Shown: piece by piece, positions 1 to 4,879 of the stretch
Layout of the letters: every line of letters starts with the position of its first letter
Position numbering within the stretch: position 1 is the first letter of the stretch
From: a virus
Virus record (IMG/VR): IMGVR_UViG_3300045988_094222
Reading direction: 5' to 3' (one strand)
Length of the DNA: 16,682 bases
Position numbers and translations under genes: made by a program
The notes under the pieces: model-generated
Seen by the model: only the letters and a program-made list of their open reading frames with translations
Told to the model about the DNA's origin: nothing
Database searches by the model: none

Positions 1-119
1 ACGATTGCCGATTTCCGAGAATCCCTCAAAGGTTCCCTGAATTGCCATTGTTCGCCTCTTTTCGTTGCAATTCCGCCGTTTTCAGGCTTTTTTTATTTTT
101 GGTTGGGGGTGAAAAAAAC
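1..119. repeat. Left copy of the 119-nt terminal direct repeat (circular-assembly overlap or true terminal redundancy)
   Basis: Base-by-base identity with 16564..16682, checked by eye including the T7-A-T5 tract. Confidence 0.95.
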
Positions 120-164
120 TTGGCGCGGGGTGATTTCCAAGGCCGTCCGTTTAAAAAACGAGCC
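49..164. promoter_or_regulatory. Candidate cos / packaging-recognition region
   Basis: This is one of the few intergenic gaps. It lies between the HNH nuclease gene stop (165) and the start of the putative small terminase gene (maps to 48 on the circle). It is locally AT-rich, with a T7AT5 tract (88..100), A7 (112..118), A6 (153..158) and a G5 run (105..109). An HNH-cos-terS-terL order is typical of HK97-like cos phages. Confidence 0.35.
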
Positions 165-920
165 TCACCACTCGGGCCGTGAAGCAACAGACGTTGAACC
201 CGAACGAAGGCCAAGGGCAACGAGCTTCGCACGCCGCGCGGCCTGTCTCACGTCCACGAGCTGCTGCGAGAGATGCAGCGAATACCATTGCCGCGCCGTC
301 TGCCTAGCGCCCTCGTTGCGCTGCTGCGTCTCCAACCGGTCGAACACCACGGCAGCGCCGGGGTCAACAACGTGAATGTCATAGTCGAGCGCCAACCATT
401 CCTCAAGCAATCGAGGGTGAGCGTGGCTGGCCGGTATCGATTTGATAAGCCACACGTCAACAGGCGCGTTCATGCGCACCAGCTTGTTGTACGCGCCTTG
501 CCATGCGCCTTGGCCCGCCTGAATCAACGGGGCCGTGGGCTTGGCCTTCACGTCACCGCCAAGGGTAAGCGCCGAAGCCAACTGGTCGAAGTCCAGCACC
601 AGCGCGTCACTCGCCGCGTGTTGCGCCACATAGGAACTCTTACCGGCGCACGGCGGGCCGATAACCGCGTGGATAGTCGCGCCGTAACCGGATAGCACAC
701 GGTTGCTTCGGCTGATGTTGCACGCCTTGCACGCGCGCCGTATGTTCGCCACCGTGCCACGGCCACCGGCCTTGAACGGTATGATATGGTCGTCTTCCTC
801 GCCGTGGTGCGTGCATACCGGCAATTCCAGCCAACAGTCATTGCCCCATGTCTCTATGACCTCTTCGCGCACGCGGCGCGGTATCGTTCCACGCTGGCGC
901 TTCAATCCCCTTGTCGCCAT
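165..920 (-). CDS. HNH endonuclease fused to a C-terminal P-loop NTPase/kinase-like domain
   Basis: HNH-type motif: CWLELPVCTHHGEEDDHIIPFKAGGRGTVANIRRACKACNISRSN. Walker A: GPPCAGKSS, followed by LVLDFD. I prefer the ATG at 920 (2 nt after the upstream stop at 923..925, AAGG ribosome-binding site) over the ORF-track start at 953. Confidence 0.8.
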   Translation of the reverse strand: MATRGLKRQRGTIPRRVREEVIETWGNDCWLELPVCTHHGEEDDHIIPFKAGGRGTVANIRRACKACNISRSNRVLSGYGATIHAVIGPPCAGKSSYVAQHAASDALVLDFDQLASALTLGGDVKAKPTAPLIQAGQGAWQGAYNKLVRMNAPVDVWLIKSIPASHAHPRLLEEWLALDYDIHVVDPGAAVVFDRLETQQRNEGARQTARQWYSLHLSQQLVDVRQAARRAKLVALGLRSGSTSVASRPEW

Positions 921-922
921 TG

Positions 923-1117
923 TCACGCCTTGCCCTTCTGCTCCATCACCCACCGGTCAAGGTCGGCAACCTCGTACAGGCACGGCGAATTGATAGCGTC
1001 ACCGGCCTTGAACCAGACGGGGCCGGTGTTGTCCGCCCTCATGCGCTCCATCTGCCTTTGTGAACGATGCAAGTACCGTGCGGCCTGAGCGGTCGTGAGT
1101 TTCGCGCGCGGGTTCAT
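923..1117 (-). CDS. Excisionase-family / MerR-like helix-turn-helix DNA-binding protein (candidate Xis/RDF or packaging DNA-binding protein)
   Basis: LTTAQAARYLHRSQRQMERMRADNTGPVWFKAG...YEVADLDRWV matches the HTH_17 excisionase-type pattern (LT..eaA.yLgvs..tv.r.....P..k.G....f...dLd.W). It abuts the upstream stop codon directly. Confidence 0.7.
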   Translation of the reverse strand: MNPRAKLTTAQAARYLHRSQRQMERMRADNTGPVWFKAGDAINSPCLYEVADLDRWVMEQKGKA

Positions 1118-1540
1118 TCAGCACACCCCCGCGTAAGCCTTGAGCGAGGTCAACAGGTCGGCGCGGTCGAACACCTGAACACCGGCGCGCTTGCGAGGCC
1201 GCTGCACGTAGCCTTCACTGATAAGCTGCTGCAACACATGGTCTCCGGTCGGGTCAGCGGTCGGCGCAATCTTGCCGAGATGCAGCAGCTTGCACACCAT
1301 GCCACGCTCAATCGAGTCGGTGCCCGTGGTGTCATGCTCCAACTGGGCGACGTTCCACCTGATAGCGTTCTTCATGTCCTTCGTCCGCTGGGCCTTATTC
1401 GCCGGTGACTGACGCTTGGCACGCCGGGAAATCGGACGGCCGGAACGTTTGTAAGAGACTGCATAACCCATCTTGTTGCCTCGTTTCGTCGTAAGTGCTT
1501 GGTTGATGTTCTTGTGAATCGTGATTAACCGGGTTTTCAT
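1118..1540 (-). CDS. Hypothetical basic protein (function unknown; the only mid-sized early-region protein, so a candidate replication/DNA-binding factor)
   Basis: 140-aa ORF with a lysine/arginine-rich N-terminal third. The ATG at 1540 has GAAGG 9 nt upstream. An alternative ATG at 1471 (MGYAVSYK) has GAGG 7 nt upstream. I recognise no motif. Confidence 0.6.
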   Translation of the reverse strand: MKTRLITIHKNINQALTTKRGNKMGYAVSYKRSGRPISRRAKRQSPANKAQRTKDMKNAIRWNVAQLEHDTTGTDSIERGMVCKLLHLGKIAPTADPTGDHVLQQLISEGYVQRPRKRAGVQVFDRADLLTSLKAYAGVC

Positions 1541-1933
1541 TTCATGTGACCTTCGGGTGGTGAGCGGTTGAGCGGGGGAACCTAAGCCGGAAACAAGCGT
1601 TGAAGCGCAAGGCTTCGCCGTCGTTTCCAGTGAGGTTCGCCCAAATTGCTTCGTAACGGAGCCGCGTATATCGCTTTGAGGTCAGCGGCCGAAGCCGCGC
1701 GCAAGGTCACGACAAGAGGCCCGCCACGTATGACGGTGCTGCACCCTGTTGCGCCCTGACAATGCGCCCCAAGTCGTTCAGTAATCCCGCATGGCGTCCC
1801 CGCGCCGTCTTAACCACGCCCCCACAGGGCGTGTGTTTGTAACGCGGTGGGCAAGCCGCGCTAGGGTACTTTCACCGTGCTACGGGTCACCTAGAGTCGC
1901 CCCCGATTACGGCACATTCAGTTATCGGCACGC
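1541..1933. other. 390-bp non-coding GC-rich block with several stable hairpins (candidate structured RNA, late-operon control region or origin)
   Basis: There is no ORF of 60 aa or more, and by hand I found none above about 37 codons on the minus strand. Hairpins: GCGGC-CGAA-GCCGC at 1685..1698 (a C(UUCG)G tetraloop when read on the minus strand); a 7-bp stem CACGCCC/GGGCGTG at 1815..1833; GGAAAC...GTTTCC at 1589..1628; and a stem with a UCCCCG loop at 1791..1808 (plus-strand reading). Confidence 0.4.
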
Positions 1934-2128
1934 CTACCGTCGTCTTCGGCGGCGCAAATCGTCCTGAGCCAAAGCGTCGTTGATGGACGCGCGTAGCGCC
2001 TCAAGAGTCTGTCGGGTCGCCACCTGATTCAACGCAATATCTCCGCTGTCAGAATGAATCTCAAACAATCCCGGATACTCGGGGTGAGCGTTCGCCCACA
2101 CGCGCGTAGGTGTCTGGAACATGCTCAT
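1934..2128 (-). CDS. Hypothetical small protein with a poly-Arg C-terminus
   Basis: 64-aa ORF. Its ATG overlaps the upstream stop as ATGA (2128..2125). The C-terminus is DDLRRRRRR. Confidence 0.6.
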   Translation of the reverse strand: MSMFQTPTRVWANAHPEYPGLFEIHSDSGDIALNQVATRQTLEALRASINDALAQDDLRRRRRR

Positions 2129-2268
2129 AGTTCGGCCTCTACTTTCACCGCGCCCCTGTAACCGGCGCTAATCCACATGGCGGCTCGGGCACTGAACATG
2201 GCAACGGTCACAAGCGCGAACGCCAGCACCGCGAACGGTGCCGCAAGAACGGTTCTAATCCCTCTCAC
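2125..2268 (-). CDS. Small single-pass membrane protein (about 47 aa, GTG start)
   Basis: This is the C-terminal part of ORF 2125..2367. The GTG at 2268 is preceded by GAGGAAGGGG. The hydrophobic segment is VLAAPFAVLAFALVTVAMF. Its stop overlaps the next ATG (ATGA). The N-terminal 33 aa of the 80-aa track ORF are Trp/Arg/Gly-rich and look off-frame. Confidence 0.5.
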   Translation of the reverse strand: MRGIRTVLAAPFAVLAFALVTVAMFSARAAMWISAGYRGAVKVEAEL

Positions 2269-2416
2269 AATCGGCCCCTTCCTCGGTTTCGAGCCATACG
2301 ACGGCGGCAGCCGCCACCGCGAAGCCAAGAGCGATAAGCCACAACCGCCACGAAAGCGCCACCACAAGCAGCACCGCGCACAACGGAACCAACAGAATCT
2401 TTTCCCTTGTGGTCAT
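2255..2416 (-). CDS. Small two-pass membrane protein (53 aa; below the ORF-track cutoff)
   Basis: Hand translation: MTTREKILLVPLCAVLLVVALSWRLWLIALGFAVAAAAVVWLETEEGADCERD. The ATG (2416..2414) overlaps the upstream TGA (2415..2413) as ATGA. GAGG lies 7 nt upstream. Confidence 0.6.
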   Translation of the reverse strand: MTTREKILLVPLCAVLLVVALSWRLWLIALGFAVAAAAVVWLETEEGADCERD

Positions 2417-2673
2417 GCCATCACCTCGCCGTCATCATTGAGAGTCATTTGCACCACGTCCGGTATCGGCCTGATACGGCACACCAGTTCGTAACCGTCA
2501 TATTCGGGAATCTTGCCCGTGGTCAGAACGATTGCCGGGTCTTCGTTATCGTCCGTGAAGCAGCGCACGGTGCCGCACGTCCATTTCACGGCACCCTTCG
2601 TGGTCACGAGACGCATAACCGCGATATCGCCCGGCTCCACGTCCTTGGGTTCCTGTGAGACCTCATAGCGCAC
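2413..2673 (-). CDS. Hypothetical protein
   Basis: ORF-track 2413..2703 (TTG start). I prefer the GTG at 2673, which is preceded by AGGAAGGGG with 7-nt spacing. No motif recognised. Confidence 0.55.
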   Translation of the reverse strand: MRYEVSQEPKDVEPGDIAVMRLVTTKGAVKWTCGTVRCFTDDNEDPAIVLTTGKIPEYDGYELVCRIRPIPDVVQMTLNDDGEVMA

Positions 2674-2854
2674 TTCTACGCCCCTTCCTGATTGCCTCGG
2701 CAATGTGCTGGTTGATGGTCACGAGGTCGCCCAGACTCATGCCCGCGAAAGCGAAGTAATCGCCGTCAACGGTGATTCTGAAGCCAAACGAGTTGTCAAC
2801 CTCGAAATGGTCAACGTCGAAATGGTTGTGCGACTCCTTGGTGAAAACAGGCAT
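2663..2854 (-). CDS. Hypothetical small acidic protein
   Basis: 63-aa ORF. The ATG at 2854 lies 1 nt after the upstream stop (2856..2858). AGAGGTGA ribosome-binding site 8 nt upstream. Confidence 0.6.
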   Translation of the reverse strand: MPVFTKESHNHFDVDHFEVDNSFGFRITVDGDYFAFAGMSLGDLVTINQHIAEAIRKGRRSAL

Positions 2855-2855
2855 G

Positions 2856-3095
2856 TCACTTCACCTCTAACGGCTTGCGGCCAAGAAGAACATCAGTGCT
2901 GACGTTCAGCATTTTGGATAGCGCAACTACTTCGTCCGCTGTAAAGCGGGTATCACCATTGAGCTTTTTCGAGAAGGACGGCGGCGTGATACCCAAGGCT
3001 TTAGCCGCGTCCTTCTGCAAAATTCCGCGCCATGTAAGCAACGTCTTTATGCTCAGCGTGGCGGAATTAAGCTCAGCTTTATTAGATTTCGACAT
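2856..3095 (-). CDS. XRE-family helix-turn-helix regulator (Cro-like, first gene of the leftward operon)
   Basis: LLTWRGILQKDAAKALGITPPSFSKKLNGDTRFTADEVVALSKMLNVSTDVLL is a classic HTH_3/XRE pattern. The start is placed at the ATG 3095 (MSKSNKAEL), because a TATAAT box sits 6 nt upstream and the track extension to 3161 runs through the operator repeats. Confidence 0.8.
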   Translation of the reverse strand: MSKSNKAELNSATLSIKTLLTWRGILQKDAAKALGITPPSFSKKLNGDTRFTADEVVALSKMLNVSTDVLLGRKPLEVK

Positions 3096-3130
3096 GCCTT
3101 GATTATAGCATGAGAAGTTAAGCTGAGCAA
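3096..3130 (-). promoter_or_regulatory. Leftward promoter giving a leaderless cro-like mRNA
   Basis: Minus-strand reading: TTGCTC (3130..3125), 17-nt spacer, TATAAT (3107..3102), 6 nt, then ATG (3095). The -35 element lies inside copy 1 of the 31-bp repeat. Confidence 0.6.
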
Positions 3131-3176
3131 TCCGGCGTGTCGCAGAAGTTAAGCTGAGCAATCCGGCGTGTCGCAG
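3113..3176. repeat. Perfect 31-bp tandem duplication (2.06 copies) in the divergent switch region; candidate operator pair
   Basis: AGAAGTTAAGCTGAGCAATCCGGCGTGTCGC occurs at 3113..3143 and again at 3144..3174, plus AG. Each copy contains TTAAGCTGAGC. A related full palindrome, AAGCTCAGCTT, lies at 3069..3079. Confidence 0.9.
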
Positions 3177-3212
3177 TGGACAATTGAATTAGGCTGACGC
3201 TAATCTAATTGC
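3177..3212 (+). promoter_or_regulatory. Rightward promoter giving a leaderless repressor-like mRNA
   Basis: TGGACA (3177..3182), 18-nt spacer, TAATCT (3201..3206), 6 nt, then ATG (3213). An imperfect inverted repeat, CAATTGAATTAG (3181..3192) / CTAATCTAATTG (3201..3212), overlaps it. Confidence 0.5.
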
Positions 3213-3542
3213 ATGACACAAACAATTATTAGCCCTCGACCTACAGCGGAATCGAGGCAAAGTGAAAGTCTCCAAGAGATAGTGACGCGGAACATGCGCG
3301 TGGCTATCGCGCTGCGCGGCTGCGCGCAAAAGGACTTAGCGGCTGCTATGGGAATAACGCCCGCCAGCTTGTCTCAGAAGTTCGTCGGTAAGACCTTGTG
3401 GAACCTCGTAGATATAGAAAAAGCCTCAGGTTTCTTCAATGTGAAACCTGAGGCGTTGGTAGCGGGGCATGGATTTGAACCATGGACCTCTGGGGCTAAA
3501 CCACCTTGGATATATCCCGATTACTGGGCGCTGGTTGACTAG
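3213..3542 (+). CDS. XRE-family HTH protein (CI/repressor-like) whose 3' end is encoded by the attP core
   Basis: The HTH pattern is RNMRVAIALRGCAQKDLAAAMGITPASLSQKFVGKTLWNLVDIEKASGFFNVKPEAL. The last 28 or so codons (AGHGFEPWTSGAKPPWIYPDYWALVD) are read through the antisense tRNA 3' fragment and beyond. Confidence 0.8.
   Translation: MTQTIISPRPTAESRQSESLQEIVTRNMRVAIALRGCAQKDLAAAMGITPASLSQKFVGKTLWNLVDIEKASGFFNVKPEALVAGHGFEPWTSGAKPPWIYPDYWALVD
3411..3454 (-). terminator. Rho-independent terminator on the minus strand, immediately 3' of the tRNA-like fragment
   Basis: A perfect 12-bp stem, GCCTCAGGTTTC (3423..3434) / GAAACCTGAGGC (3443..3454), with an 8-nt loop. On the minus strand it is followed by TTTTTCTATATC. 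Confidence 0.6.
3457..3494 (-). other. attP core: 3' portion of a tRNA gene (T-arm, acceptor 3' strand, discriminator, CCA)
   Basis: The minus strand reads CCCAG-AGGTC-CATGG-TTCAAAT-CCATG-CCCCGCT-A-CCA. That is the anticodon-stem 3' strand, variable loop, T-stem/loop, acceptor, discriminator and CCA. There is no matching 5' acceptor strand or D-arm upstream, so it is a fragment. It lies 74 bp upstream of the integrase gene. Confidence 0.8.
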
Positions 3543-3567
3543 CTGCGCATGGTGGTAGCGTGCGGCC

Positions 3568-4392
3568 ATGGCGAAGAAAATGGTTATGCCCGTTGCGTGG
3601 GCGCAAGATGTTGATTGCTGGTTGGAGACGTTGAAGGCCGCTGGTTTCAGCGACGACACGGTGAGGTCGCGCCGGTACAAGATAGCGCGGTTGTGCCGTG
3701 AGCTGCCAAGCCCGATGGAGACAACCGGTGAGCAGATAACGCGGGTTTTCGCGGCGCATGATTGGAAACCCGAGACGCGCAAGGGCTATCGCAACACGAT
3801 AGCCGGGTTCTACCGCTGGTTCTATGAGACGGGTCGGCGTGGTGACAATCCCACGGCGAAGGTGCCGAAGGTGAAGAAGCCACAGGCGCACCCCCACCCT
3901 TGCCCTGACAAATATATTCTCATGGCGTTGGGGAAGGCCACCGAAGATGAACGGCGCATGATACGGCTCGCCGCCGAATGCGGCCTACGTCGTTCCGAGA
4001 TTGCCGCCGTGAACAGTGATGATGTGATGGACGATTTGCTAGGCAAGTCGCTTATCGTGCGAGGCAAGGGCGACAAGCAGCGCATAGTGCCGTGCCCTGA
4101 CGATTTGGCCGCTGAGATACAAGCGTGCGGCGGCTACCTGTTCCCCGGCAGATGGTCGGGACACGTCGAAGCGTCTTACGTGGGCAAGCACATTACACGG
4201 CTGCTGCCTGATGGCTGGTCGGCCCACTCGCTACGGCACCGGTACGCCACCAGAACCTATGAGTCAACACATGACCTGTACTTGGTGAGCAAACTGCTGG
4301 GCCATTCCTCGGTCGAGACAACACAAATCTACGTTGCGATGCCTGACAGCCGGTTACGCGCCGGCATGTCCGCCGTCACTCTGCAAGCCTGA
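3568..4392 (+). CDS. int: Tyrosine recombinase / phage integrase (small XerC/D-like type)
   Basis: Catalytic signature: GLRRSEI (Arg), HSLRHRYAT (His-x-x-Arg), LLGHSSVETTQIYV (His...Tyr). It is adjacent to the tRNA-type attP. Confidence 0.92.
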   Translation: MAKKMVMPVAWAQDVDCWLETLKAAGFSDDTVRSRRYKIARLCRELPSPMETTGEQITRVFAAHDWKPETRKGYRNTIAGFYRWFYETGRRGDNPTAKVPKVKKPQAHPHPCPDKYILMALGKATEDERRMIRLAAECGLRRSEIAAVNSDDVMDDLLGKSLIVRGKGDKQRIVPCPDDLAAEIQACGGYLFPGRWSGHVEASYVGKHITRLLPDGWSAHSLRHRYATRTYESTHDLYLVSKLLGHSSVETTQIYVAMPDSRLRAGMSAVTLQA

Positions 4393-4424
4393 TAAGATTC
4401 TGACAACCCAAAGAAGGATTAACC

Positions 4425-4838
4425 ATGAAAAAGATTATCGCAGCAGCCGTCACCGTTACCACCGTGTTGTCGTTGGCCGCTTGCGGCGGCAATACAGCCG
4501 TCGATAAGTCCGATTGTCTGGACGTGCCGCAAGACGTGCTGAATGTCGTGGCTTCAGGCAGCGACAGCAGCGGTTTAAAGCCCGAGACCGGCAAGGCCGT
4601 GAAGGGCGACACCGAAGGCACCTATTGGCTTGCCATGAAGTTCACCGCCGATGGTTTCAACGGTGATACCGAGACCGGTATATGGCTGGTGTCCGGTCTT
4701 GATGCCGCCAGCGCCGCGCCGGTCATGTCGGTTGACGGTTTCGCCAAGCAATTCACGCACTGGCCCACGCAAATCAACGGTACCGAGCTGAACGGCACCG
4801 AAGAGAAGGCGAAGGCCGCTGCCGCGTGTCTGGCCTGA
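4425..4838 (+). CDS. Secreted lipoprotein (lysogeny-expressed moron; candidate superinfection-exclusion factor)
   Basis: Signal peptide plus lipobox: MKKIIAAAVTVTTVLSLAAC-GG. AGAAGGA ribosome-binding site. It lies downstream of int on the minority strand and is followed by a strong terminator. Confidence 0.85.
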   Translation: MKKIIAAAVTVTTVLSLAACGGNTAVDKSDCLDVPQDVLNVVASGSDSSGLKPETGKAVKGDTEGTYWLAMKFTADGFNGDTETGIWLVSGLDAASAAPVMSVDGFAKQFTHWPTQINGTELNGTEEKAKAAAACLA

Positions 4839-4839
4839 T

Positions 4840-4879
4840 ATGCAACAGCCCCCCCCACATTGTGTGGGGGCTGTTGCAT
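4840..4879. terminator. Bidirectional stem-loop terminator between convergent lipoprotein and holin genes
   Basis: ATGCAACAGCCCCC (4840..4853) pairs perfectly with GGGGGCTGTTGCAT (4866..4879), giving a 14-bp stem. An inner ACA/TGT pairing is also possible. Confidence 0.8.

Noticed and set aside
1-119. The 119-nt terminal repeat as a biologically meaningful direct terminal repeat
   Set aside because: This cannot be distinguished from an assembler overlap of a circular or concatemeric template. The repeat cuts through a coding region start rather than coinciding with the intergenic cos-like gap. It is treated as a circularity signature until virion end mapping says otherwise.
26-460. ORFs 26..232, 103..375, 248..460 and 273..695 around the junction and HNH gene
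   Set aside because: They overlap the well-supported HNH/P-loop gene or span the AT-tract intergenic region. Their composition is junk-like and they have no ribosome-binding sites.
3096-3161. N-terminal extension of the cro-like ORF (track start 3161)
   Set aside because: The extension is translated from the tandem operator repeats and would place the TATAAT box inside the coding region. The HTH domain is complete from the ATG at 3095.
3113-3176. 31-bp direct repeats as a mini CRISPR array
   Set aside because: The two copies are directly adjacent with no spacer and there are no cas genes. They sit between divergent promoters of HTH regulators, so they are operator- or promoter-like.
3457-3535. 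Possible intact phage-encoded tRNA gene on the minus strand
   Set aside because: Only the 3' part folds (T-arm, acceptor 3' strand, CCA). The sequence at the expected 5' acceptor position (AGCGCCC) pairs at only 4 of 7 positions. No D-arm or anticodon stem can be formed. It is better explained as an attP core.
2856-3542. The two divergent XRE-family genes as a toxin-antitoxin or defence-system pair
   Set aside because: Both are plain HTH proteins with no toxin-like partner. The divergent arrangement with shared operators next to attP and int is the standard CI/Cro-type switch layout.
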